Of a stretch of DNA of 64,000 bases, positions 49,051 through 58,213 are shown piece by piece. Made by a program: the position numbers and the translations under genes. The notes below the pieces were generated by a model. That model worked only from the letters and a program-made list of their open reading frames with translations, searched no databases and was not told where the DNA came from. Numbering within the stretch: the first letter of the stretch is position 1; each line of letters starts with the position of its first letter. The stretch comes from Terriglobia bacterium (GTDB lineage Bacteria > Acidobacteriota > Terriglobia > JAJPHL01 > JAPKYU01): NCBI GenBank assembly GCA_965223005.1, contig CBDCVK010000010.1, positions 320,001-384,000 on the forward strand. Reading direction: 5' to 3'.

Positions 49051-49365
49051 ATGCTGTCCAATAAGAAGATTCTCTTAGTTGCGGTGCTGCTCAGTTGCAT
49101 TACCTCAGGGGCTTACGCGTGCATGTGGTTGGGCCCATCTTGGAGCTACTCGTTTTGCAGTCAGATTGCCCTCCTCGGTTTCCCGGGAATTCTGATCGCG
49201 GTGGTGCTGTTGGGCATCTTGCTCGGAACTGCACATGGTGGCGGACCGCTTGCCGCAATGTTAGCTATCTCTACTCCGATCAACTTCCTGTTCTATGGAG
49301 GAATGGGCGTAGCCGCACGAGCTGTGTGGAAAGTGTTGAAGAGAAGGGGTAACAAGTCAACATGA
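49051..49365 (+). CDS. Small hypothetical membrane protein (about 3 TM)
   Basis: 104-aa hydrophobic ORF with a purine-rich upstream sequence. Confidence 0.55.
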   Translation: MLSNKKILLVAVLLSCITSGAYACMWLGPSWSYSFCSQIALLGFPGILIAVVLLGILLGTAHGGGPLAAMLAISTPINFLFYGGMGVAARAVWKVLKRRGNKST

Positions 49366-49377
49366 GGGGCCGCTGCG

Positions 49378-50532
49378 TTACAAAGCGGCTAGCAGGTGGG
49401 CCAGCAGGGCGGCGCGCTTGGGCAACTCCTCTACCACAATGCTTTCGTGAAGGGCGTGGGCGCCCTCGCCGACGCCGCCAAGCCCGTCCAGGGTGGGCAC
49501 GCCGAGAGCGGCGGTGAAGTTTCCGTCCGAGCCCCCGCCGGCGCTGCACTCCTCAAGCTCCATCCCGAGCGGTCGGGCCAGTTGTCGGGCCCGACGAAAC
49601 AGCGCAGCGATGGCAGCGGTGCGCTCCATGGGCGGACGGTTCAGCTCGCCCTCCACTTCGAGCCGAGTGCGCTTGTCGAAGGGGCGCAGCGAGGCGAATT
49701 GCTTTTCCAGGTACTGCTGGTCGGTCAGGTGCACCAGGCGCGCGTCAATGTGCGCCCAAGCACGTTCGGCCACGACGTTGCTGCGGGTGCCGCCGCCGAT
49801 GACCCCCGCGTTGACGGTGATGCCGCGCCGCAGTCGGGTGAACCGCGCGACCCGCACCAGTTGCCGCGCGAGCTCCACAGTGGCGCTGGCGCCGGCGGCA
49901 AAATCCAGCCCGGCGTGGGCAGCGCGGCCATGCACCGTCAGCCCGTACTCACCCACCCCCTTGCGCGCTGTCTTCAAGGCGCCACGCAAACCGCTGGCCG
50001 GTTCCACCACCAGCGCGGCATCGCAGCCGCGGGCCAGCTTCTCGATGATGGGGCGCGAGGAGGGGCTACCCACTTCCTCGTCGCTGGTCAGTAGCAGGGT
50101 CACGCGTTTGCGCACCGGAGTCCGCAGGCGCCGCAGGGCGGCCAGGGCGAACAGCGCCGCTGTGATGCCCGACTTCATGTCCAGGATGCCCGGGCCACAG
50201 GCGCGCCCGTTCCGCACGCGGAACGGCATGCGCCGCAGCGTTCCCAGCTCCCACACTGTATCGATGTGACCCAGCACCAACAAGCGCCCGGCCGGACGGC
50301 GTCCGCCCTCGGGGAAAGCGAAATCGGCCTGCAGGTGATCGCCAAAATCGGCGCTGCGATGGCGGGTCAGGCGCGCTCCCAGGCGCTCCAGGCGGCCGGC
50401 GACCAAGGCGCCGCAGCGGTCCACAGCCGCCTTGTCCAGGCTTGGCGATTCACACTCTACCATCTGCCGCAGGGTGCCCAGCATCTCCTGGCGGCGCTCG
50501 CGGATGAATTGTAGGATGGCATCGGTTGGCAT
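49378..50532 (-). CDS. M20 family metallopeptidase (glutamate carboxypeptidase-like)
   Basis: GHIDTV, GPGILDMKSG, DEEVGS, HAG, GGGSDGN, GAH. Confidence 0.92.
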   Translation of the reverse strand: MPTDAILQFIRERRQEMLGTLRQMVECESPSLDKAAVDRCGALVAGRLERLGARLTRHRSADFGDHLQADFAFPEGGRRPAGRLLVLGHIDTVWELGTLRRMPFRVRNGRACGPGILDMKSGITAALFALAALRRLRTPVRKRVTLLLTSDEEVGSPSSRPIIEKLARGCDAALVVEPASGLRGALKTARKGVGEYGLTVHGRAAHAGLDFAAGASATVELARQLVRVARFTRLRRGITVNAGVIGGGTRSNVVAERAWAHIDARLVHLTDQQYLEKQFASLRPFDKRTRLEVEGELNRPPMERTAAIAALFRRARQLARPLGMELEECSAGGGSDGNFTAALGVPTLDGLGGVGEGAHALHESIVVEELPKRAALLAHLLAAL

Positions 50533-50610
50533 ATACTTTCGGCTTACCCTGGAATCGCTGTCCAATCTGCCGCCTGCGCGGCCGGTGGGAGTATAGCACT
50601 GGCGCTCGCC

Positions 50611-51081
50611 ATGCCTCTGAGCCTGGACGTCAACGAAATTCAAAAGGTGCTTCCGCATCGTTATCCGTTTCTGCTGGTGGACGCGATTGTCGAACTGGAG
50701 CCCCTGAAGCGGATCGTCGGCTTGAAGAACGTCACCATCAACGAACCCTGGTTCGCCGGTCATTTTCCCGGCTACCCGATCATGCCCGGAGTGCTGATCG
50801 TGGAGGCGATGGCGCAGACCGGCGGGGTGCTGCTGCTGCGCGACGTTCCCGATCGCGACCGCAAGCTGGTCCTGTTCACTGCCATCGAGGAGGCCAAGTT
50901 CCGCCGCCCGGTCCTGCCCGGCGACCAGTTGCGGTTGGAGTTGGAGGTGCTGGCGCTGCGCAACACGGTTTGCAAGATGCGCGCCCGGGCCACGGTGGAC
51001 GGCCGGCTGGTGGCTGAGGCAGTCATCATGTGCATCATCGCTGATCGCGAAACAGTGCAAAAGCCGGCCTCCCGCCCCTGA
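50611..51081 (+). CDS. fabZ: 3-hydroxyacyl-ACP dehydratase
   Basis: LPHRYPFLLVD, GHFPGYPIMPGVLIVEAMAQ. Confidence 0.97.
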   Translation: MPLSLDVNEIQKVLPHRYPFLLVDAIVELEPLKRIVGLKNVTINEPWFAGHFPGYPIMPGVLIVEAMAQTGGVLLLRDVPDRDRKLVLFTAIEEAKFRRPVLPGDQLRLELEVLALRNTVCKMRARATVDGRLVAEAVIMCIIADRETVQKPASRP

Positions 51082-51089
51082 CAGTCTCG

Positions 51090-51860
51090 ATGATCCACCC
51101 CACGGCCATCATCCACCCTTCGGCGCGTGTGGACCCCAATGCCTCGGTGGGCCCCTACTGCGTCGTCGAGGCGGAGGCGGAGATTGGCGCCGGCTGCGAA
51201 CTGCTGGCGCACGTCTTCGTGACCGGGCCGATCCGCATCGGCCAGCGCAACCGTTTCTTCCCCTACAGCACGATTGGGGTCGAACCGCAGGACCTGAAGT
51301 TCAAGGGCGAGCGCAGCGAGACAGTAATCGGCAGCGACAATATCTTCCGCGAGTTTGTCACCGTGCACCGGGGAACGGAAGGGGGCGGCGCCCTGACCAA
51401 GATCGGCGATGGCTGCCTGCTGCAGGCCTACTCCCACGTCGCCCACGATTGCCAAATCGGAAACCGGGTGATCTTGGGCCACGGAATGACCATGGCCGGG
51501 CACGTGGTGATTGAAGAGGGCGCGTTTGTCGGAGCGTTCAGCGGCATCCACCAATACTGCCGGGTGGGACGCCACTCGATTATCGGCGGCTACAGCGTCA
51601 TCACCAAGGACGTTCTGCCTTTCTCGAAAACCGTGGCCGAACGCGAGGTAAAGACCTTCGGAGTGAACAAGGTGGGCCTGGAGCGGCACGGCTTCAGCAT
51701 CGAGCGCATCCAGCGCCTGCATCACGCCCTCCGGCTGCTGACCTCCTCGAAACTGAATACCAGCCAGGCCCTGGAGCGCATTCGTGCCGACGGGATGAAT
51801 GAAGACCTTGAGACGCTGGTGAGCTTCATCACCAGCTCCGAACGCGGCGTCATCAAGTGA
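51090..51860 (+). CDS. lpxA: Acyl-ACP--UDP-GlcNAc acyltransferase
   Basis: PQDLKFKGE, REFVTVHRGT, HVAHDC, HQY; located after fabZ. Confidence 0.96.
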   Translation: MIHPTAIIHPSARVDPNASVGPYCVVEAEAEIGAGCELLAHVFVTGPIRIGQRNRFFPYSTIGVEPQDLKFKGERSETVIGSDNIFREFVTVHRGTEGGGALTKIGDGCLLQAYSHVAHDCQIGNRVILGHGMTMAGHVVIEEGAFVGAFSGIHQYCRVGRHSIIGGYSVITKDVLPFSKTVAEREVKTFGVNKVGLERHGFSIERIQRLHHALRLLTSSKLNTSQALERIRADGMNEDLETLVSFITSSERGVIK

Positions 51861-52750
51861 ATCAATCTCCGAGGAGTCAGTTGTCGGAGGACCGTTACGC
51901 GCTGATCGCCGGCAACGGGCGCTTCCCCTTCTTGGTGCTGGAAGCGGCCCGCACCAGCGGCCGGCCCATGCTGGTGACCGCCATTCGCCAAGAAGCCGAC
52001 CCGGAGCTGGAACGGCTGGCCGCCGGCTTTCACTGGATCGGTCTGGGTGAGCTTTCCCGGCTCATTGACCTGCTCAAGAGCCAGGGCATTACTCACGCCG
52101 TCATGGCCGGCCAGGTGAAGCACGCACAAATCTTCTCCTCCATCCGGCCGGACTGGCGGCTGCTGAAACTGCTGGGATCGCTCTCAAAGAAGAACACCGA
52201 CTCGCTGCTGGGCGCCGTGGCCGGAGCGCTGGCCGAGGAAGGAATTACGTTGCTGGACTCCACCACGTTCCTGAAGCCGTTGCTGGCCGGCGCCGGCGTA
52301 CTGAGCGGCCGGGCCCCGGATGCCGAAGAGTGTGCCAATGTTGAATACGGGCTGCAGGTGGCAAGGACGCTGGCCCGGCTTGACATTGGCCAAACGGTGG
52401 TGGTGGCCGAGCGCGCCTGCGTCGCGGTGGAAGCCATGGAGGGGACCGATGCCACCCTCCTTCGGGCGGCCTCGCTGAGCCGTGGGCGCCCACTAACCGT
52501 GGTCAAGGTGGCCAAGCCGGCACAGGACCTGCGCTTCGACGTACCGGTCATCGGGCCCGCCACGATTCGTACCATGCAGCAGGCTCATGCCACCGCCCTT
52601 TCGGTGGAGGCCGGCAAGACTCTTCTGCTGGACCGGCAGGAGCTGCTTCGGCTGGCCGAGGAGGCTGGAGTGGCCATTGTGGGAACGCTAGGCGAGGAGG
52701 GAGGCAAGGGGAGCGTTGCGGGCGAAGCCGCCCAATCACAAACGCCATGA
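51857..52750 (+). CDS. lpxI: UDP-2,3-diacylglucosamine diphosphatase
   Basis: IAGNGRFP, DIGQTVVV, AVEAMEGTD, QDLRFDVPVIG. Confidence 0.93.
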   Translation: MNQSPRSQLSEDRYALIAGNGRFPFLVLEAARTSGRPMLVTAIRQEADPELERLAAGFHWIGLGELSRLIDLLKSQGITHAVMAGQVKHAQIFSSIRPDWRLLKLLGSLSKKNTDSLLGAVAGALAEEGITLLDSTTFLKPLLAGAGVLSGRAPDAEECANVEYGLQVARTLARLDIGQTVVVAERACVAVEAMEGTDATLLRAASLSRGRPLTVVKVAKPAQDLRFDVPVIGPATIRTMQQAHATALSVEAGKTLLLDRQELLRLAEEAGVAIVGTLGEEGGKGSVAGEAAQSQTP

Positions 52751-53736
52751 CGATTCCCGTGGCCATTATCGGTGCCGGGACCTTTGGCCGGCAGCATGCG
52801 CGCGTCTACCGGAAGCTGCCGGAGGCCGAACTGGTCGGCGTCTTCGACGCCGACGCCGCGCGGGCTCAGGCAGTGGCGCAAGAATTCGGCTGTCGCGTCT
52901 TCTCTTCCCTGGAGGAGGCGGCCGGCGCCGCCCGCGCTGCCAGCCTGGCCGTGCCCACAGCCCAGCACGCCGAGGTAGGTTGCTGGCTGCTGGATCGTGG
53001 GCTGGACGTGCTGGTGGAAAAGCCCATCGCGCCTTCAGTCCCCGAAGCCGACCGGCTGATTGCCGCCGCCCACGCCTCGGGTCGGTTGCTGCAGGTGGGC
53101 CACCTGGAGCGCTTTAATCCGGCGGTGGTCACCGCGCAGCGCATCGTCACCCGGCCGTTGTTCTTTGAAGTGCACCGGCTGAGCCTCTTTACTCCGCGCA
53201 GCCTGGATGTGGACGTCGTGCTGGACCTGATGATCCACGACCTGGACATCGTGCTGGCACTCTGCAACGCGGGCATCGGAGAGGTGCGTGCTGCCGGCCT
53301 CGCCATCCTCTCACCCAAGATTGACATTGCGAACGTCCGTCTATCGTTTGACAATGGATGTGTAGCCAATTTCACGGCCAGCCGTGTGAGCACGGAACGC
53401 GTCCGCAAGCTCCGGTTTTTCCAGCCGGCTCAATACGTGTCGCTGGACTACACGCGCCAAGACCTGGTGGTTTTCTCCGTGGGGCCGGCCACCGGGGGTG
53501 ACTCTCGAGAAACCGGGATCAGCCGGCGGCTCCTGATGGAAGAAGCGGGAAGCGCTCCCCGGGAAGAACCGCTGCACGCGCAGTTGCGGCACTTTTTGGA
53601 ATGCGTCCGGACGCGCCGGCCACCAGCGGTGGGCGGTGAGGAGGGGCGTCGCGTCCTGCAAGTGGCCTTGCAGATCGTGGAGGCCGTCGAGCAGCACAAC
53701 CGCCGTCTCTTCGGAGTGAAGAGTGCGGCGCATTGA
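52747..53736 (+). CDS. Gfo/Idh/MocA oxidoreductase (GnnA-like UDP-GlcNAc 3-dehydrogenase candidate)
   Basis: IIGAGTFG, VEKPIA, VGHLERFNP, DLMIHDLD; within the lpx operon. Confidence 0.85.
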   Translation: MTIPVAIIGAGTFGRQHARVYRKLPEAELVGVFDADAARAQAVAQEFGCRVFSSLEEAAGAARAASLAVPTAQHAEVGCWLLDRGLDVLVEKPIAPSVPEADRLIAAAHASGRLLQVGHLERFNPAVVTAQRIVTRPLFFEVHRLSLFTPRSLDVDVVLDLMIHDLDIVLALCNAGIGEVRAAGLAILSPKIDIANVRLSFDNGCVANFTASRVSTERVRKLRFFQPAQYVSLDYTRQDLVVFSVGPATGGDSRETGISRRLLMEEAGSAPREEPLHAQLRHFLECVRTRRPPAVGGEEGRRVLQVALQIVEAVEQHNRRLFGVKSAAH

Positions 53737-53814
53737 AGCCGCAGTGAAGCCGGCACAGTGACGGGAGAGTGATGAGTGAATCTATGCTTGCCTCGTCACT
53801 CATGAAGCTTGGGC

Positions 53815-54807
53815 ATGGATCCCGAACCGCAACTGAACCTGTTGCTGGAGCTCGAGGACGATGCCGCGCGCACCCGCCGGCGGGAGTCGGTGCTTCTTTC
53901 AGTGAGCGCACACCTGGTGGCCCTGGTTGTGCTTCTGGTGTCGCCACTGCTTTCCGAGTCGGTGAGAGAGACTCTGGGGATCGAGGGGGACAATCCCAGG
54001 CCGCGTGAACAGTTGACCTACCTGGCGCTGCCGCCCGACGACCTGGTGGTCCAGCCCAAGCCCAACGTGCTTTCGGACAAGGACCGCCGGGCGCAACCCG
54101 ATCTCAAATTGCCACCGCTGCCTAGGTTGGCTCCCCCTGCCGAGCCCACTTCACCTACGGAAAAGAAGAGTGAAGAAGAGCTGCTGGCCAAGGGTCAGGA
54201 GCCACCCCGGTTGCCACCGGGCAACGCGGGGCAGCGGTCACCCAAATCTCGGGCGGGCCAGCCTGCTCCGCCCGGGCTGCGGCTGGAGGATTTAAGCAGC
54301 CAGCGGCCCAAGCTAACCTTGCCCACCCAGCCCAGCCCCGGCCGCGCGTTGGAAGAAACCGTTCGAAAAACGGCCCGCAATCGCGGCGGCGGCCCGTCGC
54401 TGAGCGACTTGGACAACTTGGGTAGAGGCCGCCGGCTTGGCAGCTTCAAGCCGCGTGGGCCAGGCGCCGTCGGCAACGCCCGCATCTTGACCGACACGCT
54501 GGGCGTGGACTTTGACCCCTACCTGCGCCGCGTCGTCATGGATATTCGCGAGAACTGGTATGCGGTGATGCCGGAGATTGCGCGGCTGGGCAAGCGTGGG
54601 GAAGTGACGGCGATCTTCGAGATTCTCCGCGACGGCGAAGTGCCCAAGCTCTATCTGGTTTCCACGTCCGGTTCCGAGCCTCTCGACCGCGCCGCTCTGG
54701 CCGGCATCAGCGCTTCGTCGCCATTTCCCCCGTTGCCCACGGAGTTCAGCGGCCCCTTCGTCCGCATCCGGGTCACCTTCCTGTACAATACGTTCTACGA
54801 ACGATAA
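53815..54807 (+). CDS. TonB/TolA-family energy transducer
   Basis: SVSAH TM motif, Pro-rich linker, STSGSEPLDRAAL, PFPPLP. Confidence 0.85.
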   Translation: MDPEPQLNLLLELEDDAARTRRRESVLLSVSAHLVALVVLLVSPLLSESVRETLGIEGDNPRPREQLTYLALPPDDLVVQPKPNVLSDKDRRAQPDLKLPPLPRLAPPAEPTSPTEKKSEEELLAKGQEPPRLPPGNAGQRSPKSRAGQPAPPGLRLEDLSSQRPKLTLPTQPSPGRALEETVRKTARNRGGGPSLSDLDNLGRGRRLGSFKPRGPGAVGNARILTDTLGVDFDPYLRRVVMDIRENWYAVMPEIARLGKRGEVTAIFEILRDGEVPKLYLVSTSGSEPLDRAALAGISASSPFPPLPTEFSGPFVRIRVTFLYNTFYER

Positions 54808-56016
54808 CGCGGTTTTATTGAGACTTCTTTCCAATAAAAATAGCTTGATGGAAGGCCACGCCAAAGCGCCGTTGATACAGTTCGAACTGAGAAACCGACA
54901 ACTCATACGGAAGTGATGGAGAGAGGAGGATCCCCGTGAGAACTCGTCTTGGTCATGCTTGTCTGCTGGCCTTCCTAGGTGGATTGATGGCCCTTAGCGC
55001 GAAAACGCAGCCGGCTGAGAAGCTGAAGGTTTACATCTCGGTAGACATGGAAGGAACGGTCGGAACGGTAACCGGCGATCAGTTGGGTCCGAGCGGGTTT
55101 GAATATGATCGTTTTCGCGAATTCATGACCCGCGAAGCATTGGCCGTCGTCGAAGCAGCTAAGGAAGCCGGCGCCACCGAGATCCTGGTCAGTGACTCGC
55201 ATGGCAACGGCGAAAGCCTCTTGATCGAAATGTTCCCCAAAGACGTCCACATCATCCGCTCCTACCCGCGGCGGCAGGGGCAGGTGGCAGGCATCGACGA
55301 AACCTTCGACGCCGTCTTCCTGATCGGGTACCACGCTTCCACAAACAATCCTGCCGGTGTCCGCGCTCACACCTTTTCGAGTGCGCGGCTGACCAGCGTC
55401 AAACTCAACGGTACGCCGGTTACCGAAGGCGCCTTCAACGCCGCCATCGCGGGACACTTCGGCGTCCCGGTGGTCATGGTGTCCGGCGACGATGCCGCCG
55501 TCGCAGAAGTTCAGTCGTTGGTGGGTGACATCGAAGGTGCTGTGGTCAAGAAGAACCGCGGCTTCCATTCAGCCGAGACATTGACGCCGGAAGCTTCCTA
55601 TGAGTTGATTAGGCAGAAAGCCAAAACTGCGCTGGGACGGCTGGGGGATTTCAAACCTTACAGAGTTGAGACACCCGTGACATTCGACGTCAGCTTCAAG
55701 CACTACCGCCCAGTGGAGGTCCTCGCCTACCTCCGATTGATCGAGCGGACCGATTCCCACTCCATCCGCTTCCGCGGACAAGACATGATTGAAGTCTCTG
55801 ACTTTCTGAGCTTCGTGCTGAACTACAACTCCTATGCGCAACCCTGACACTGACCCCATAACCGCTTGTTACTCGGTGCGCGTCGGTCTCACGTATCTGA
55901 CCGGCGAAATGGCATCATCCCCGGCGTGGCGTATTACTTAGGGTCACTCCTTGTCATCCCTTCTCGCTTGGGCCTTCTCACTGGGGTCCCCGAACTGTAC
56001 AATACGTTCTACGAAC
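54781..56016 (+). mobile_element. Small insert (dppA cargo) bounded by a 22-bp direct repeat of the tonB 3' end
   Basis: ctgtacaatacgttctacgaac at 54781-54802 and at 55995-56016. Confidence 0.65.
54936..55847 (+). CDS. M55 family D-aminopeptidase (DppA-like) with signal peptide
   Basis: YISVDMEG, DSHG, GYHA, AHT, SGDD. Confidence 0.92.
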   Translation: MRTRLGHACLLAFLGGLMALSAKTQPAEKLKVYISVDMEGTVGTVTGDQLGPSGFEYDRFREFMTREALAVVEAAKEAGATEILVSDSHGNGESLLIEMFPKDVHIIRSYPRRQGQVAGIDETFDAVFLIGYHASTNNPAGVRAHTFSSARLTSVKLNGTPVTEGAFNAAIAGHFGVPVVMVSGDDAAVAEVQSLVGDIEGAVVKKNRGFHSAETLTPEASYELIRQKAKTALGRLGDFKPYRVETPVTFDVSFKHYRPVEVLAYLRLIERTDSHSIRFRGQDMIEVSDFLSFVLNYNSYAQP

Positions 56017-56017
56017 A

Positions 56018-56119
56018 ATGAAACTGGCGCGCTCGCAGGCCGTGGGCGTGGTGCTGGTGTTTTTCCTGCTGGTCCTGCTGATGTGGACGCGCTATTTGCG
56101 TGAACTTTTCGCCTGGTAG
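56018..56119 (+). CDS. Unannotated 33-aa single-pass membrane protein
   Basis: MKLARSQAVGVVLVFFLLVLLMWTRYLRELFAW*; the ATG overlaps the TGA of the displaced tonB end, and the ORF ends 5 bp before miaA. Confidence 0.6.
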   Translation: MKLARSQAVGVVLVFFLLVLLMWTRYLRELFAW

Positions 56120-56124
56120 CGCCA

Positions 56125-57093
56125 TTGCTTCCCTTGCTGGCGCCTCTGCTGTCGATCGTGGGGCCGACGGCCTCCGGCAAGTCGGCGCTGGCCTTGTTTC
56201 TCGCCGAGGAACTGGATGGCGAGATTGTCAACTGCGATTCCCTCCAGCTCTACCGCCACTTTGACGTGGGCACCGCTAAGCTGGCGCCGGTGGAGCGGCG
56301 TGGGGTGCCGCATCACCTGATCGACATTCTGGAGCCGAATGAGGTGTGCACCGCGGGCGAGTACGCCCGGCGGGCGCGCACGGTGCTGGAGCAGATTCGG
56401 GCCCGGGGGCACCTGCCGATCCTGGTGGGCGGCGCCGGCTTCTACCTGCATGCCTTGCTGGAGGGCCTGTTCCCCTCGCCGGTGCGCGACGAGCGCCTGC
56501 GCCGCCGGCTTCGCCAGCTCGCCCGCACGCGCCGGGCCGGCTACCTGCACCGGCTGCTGCTGCGGCTGGATCCTGAGTCGGCCGCCCGCATCCATGCCCA
56601 CGACGCGCCCAAGCTCATTCGCGCCATCGAGGTCTGCCTGCAGGCGCGCCGGCCGATGTCGGCGCTGTTCCGAGAAACGCAGGGACACGGGAAGCTGGAG
56701 GGGTATCGCGTGCTGAAGCTCGGCTTGAACCCGCCGCGCCGTCTTCTCTACGAGCGCATTGACCAGCGCGCCGAACGCATGTTTACCCAGGGTGACGCAG
56801 GCATCGTGGCTGAAGTACGCGCTTTGCTGGACGGCGGCGTGCCGGCCACGGCCAAGCCATTCGAGTCGGTCGGCTATCGGGAAGCGCTGGCGGTCGTGGA
56901 AGGCCGCATTGCGTCAGAGGAGGCCATCCAGCTAACCCAACTACGCACCCGCCACTACGCCAAGCGCCAGATCACCTGGTTCCGCCGCGAGCGCGATGTG
57001 CACTGGCTCGCCACCTTCGGCGACGACCCCGCTACCCAGCACGGCGCACTGGAGTGGGTTCAGAGGAATTCAAAAGTGGAAAATGAAAACTGA
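56125..57093 (+). CDS. miaA: tRNA dimethylallyltransferase
   Basis: GPTASGKS, DSLQLYR, GTAK, HHLIDI, YAKRQITWFR. Confidence 0.96.
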   Translation: MLPLLAPLLSIVGPTASGKSALALFLAEELDGEIVNCDSLQLYRHFDVGTAKLAPVERRGVPHHLIDILEPNEVCTAGEYARRARTVLEQIRARGHLPILVGGAGFYLHALLEGLFPSPVRDERLRRRLRQLARTRRAGYLHRLLLRLDPESAARIHAHDAPKLIRAIEVCLQARRPMSALFRETQGHGKLEGYRVLKLGLNPPRRLLYERIDQRAERMFTQGDAGIVAEVRALLDGGVPATAKPFESVGYREALAVVEGRIASEEAIQLTQLRTRHYAKRQITWFRRERDVHWLATFGDDPATQHGALEWVQRNSKVENEN

Positions 57094-57151
57094 GCAATTC
57101 ACGATGTTTGCAAAATATGATCCCGTAGGGCGCGCCCTGTTCCGTGTGTCT

Positions 57152-58174
57152 TCATCGGCTCCCTTCGTTTTTCCCATCTTTTCCCGGAGTGCTAGGAACC
57201 ACGGCGGCGCGGGGGTGGGGCGGGCGGTTCACTGGCCAGCGGGGCGGCTCGCTCTTCAGGATGCGCACAATGTCCTCGGCCACCTTGCTCATGCGCACCA
57301 GCGACTCCTGGGTGACCCCGGCAATGTGCGGGGTGGCGACAAAGTTGGTGAGCGCCAGCAACATGCGTCCCGTCTGGCCGGGCGGCTCCTGTTCAAAGAC
57401 GTCGGTGGCCGCGCCAGCGATGCGGCGCTCGACCAGCGCGCGGAGCACTGCGCCTTCGTCCCAGACCGGCCCGCGGCACAGGTTGATCATGTAGGCGGTC
57501 GGTTTCATCTGGGCGATTTCCTGGGCGCCGATCAAGTGGTGGGTCTGCGGCGTGAGCGGAACCAGCAGCGTGACCAGGTCGGATTCGGCCAGCACCTGCT
57601 CCATCGGCACCCGCTGGGCGCCGCAAGCCCGTTCCACTTCAGGCGAAGCCGCCACGACGTCGCTGTAGAGGATGCGAGTGTTGAAAGCAGCGTGGCACTT
57701 GCGGGCGGTCAAACTGCCGATGCGCCCGAAGCCCACAAAGCCCACCGTCTTGCCTTCCAGTTCGATGCCGGTCGCGCGGCTGCGGGCCTTCCAGTCGCCT
57801 CGCCGGAGGCTCCTCTCGGCCAGTTGGAACCGGCGGCAGAGGGCCAGCGCGAGCAGGAAGAAGTGCTCAGCGACCGATTCGCTGGGAGCGTCCGGTGTGT
57901 TGACCACCCAGATGCCCAGCTCGGTGGCGGCAGCTACATCCACGTTGTCCACCCCGATACCGTGCCGGCCCACCACCTTGAGCCGGGGGGCGGCTTCCAT
58001 CAGGCGACGGCTGGCCACACCCAATGCCCGCAAGACCATCGCATCGGCGCGGGCGATGAGCGGCAGCAGCGCCTCCTCGTTCAGCGACTTCGGGACCACT
58101 AGTTCGCCGGCTGTTGCCAGCAGCTGCTGACCCTGTTCATGGATCGGCTCAAACAGAACAATCGTAGGCATCAT
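57152..58174 (-). CDS. D-isomer-specific 2-hydroxyacid dehydrogenase (SerA-like, no ACT domain)
   Basis: GIGVDNVD, GFGRIG, INLCRG, DVFEQEP, TPHIAG. Confidence 0.9.
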   Translation of the reverse strand: MMPTIVLFEPIHEQGQQLLATAGELVVPKSLNEEALLPLIARADAMVLRALGVASRRLMEAAPRLKVVGRHGIGVDNVDVAAATELGIWVVNTPDAPSESVAEHFFLLALALCRRFQLAERSLRRGDWKARSRATGIELEGKTVGFVGFGRIGSLTARKCHAAFNTRILYSDVVAASPEVERACGAQRVPMEQVLAESDLVTLLVPLTPQTHHLIGAQEIAQMKPTAYMINLCRGPVWDEGAVLRALVERRIAGAATDVFEQEPPGQTGRMLLALTNFVATPHIAGVTQESLVRMSKVAEDIVRILKSEPPRWPVNRPPHPRAAVVPSTPGKDGKNEGSR

Positions 58175-58213
58175 GGTGCAGACGGGCGAAGAGTGGCGCA
58201 GACGGTCCCGCGA

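Noticed and set aside
50533-51060. N-terminal extension of the M20 peptidase ORF antisense to fabZ
   Set aside because: This is a shadow frame of fabZ. M20 homology starts at MPTDAIL, with its own extended -10 upstream.
55855-55940. Integron attC after dppA (ccataac...)
   Set aside because: No matching GTTRRRY end or long imperfect palindrome, and no integron integrase.
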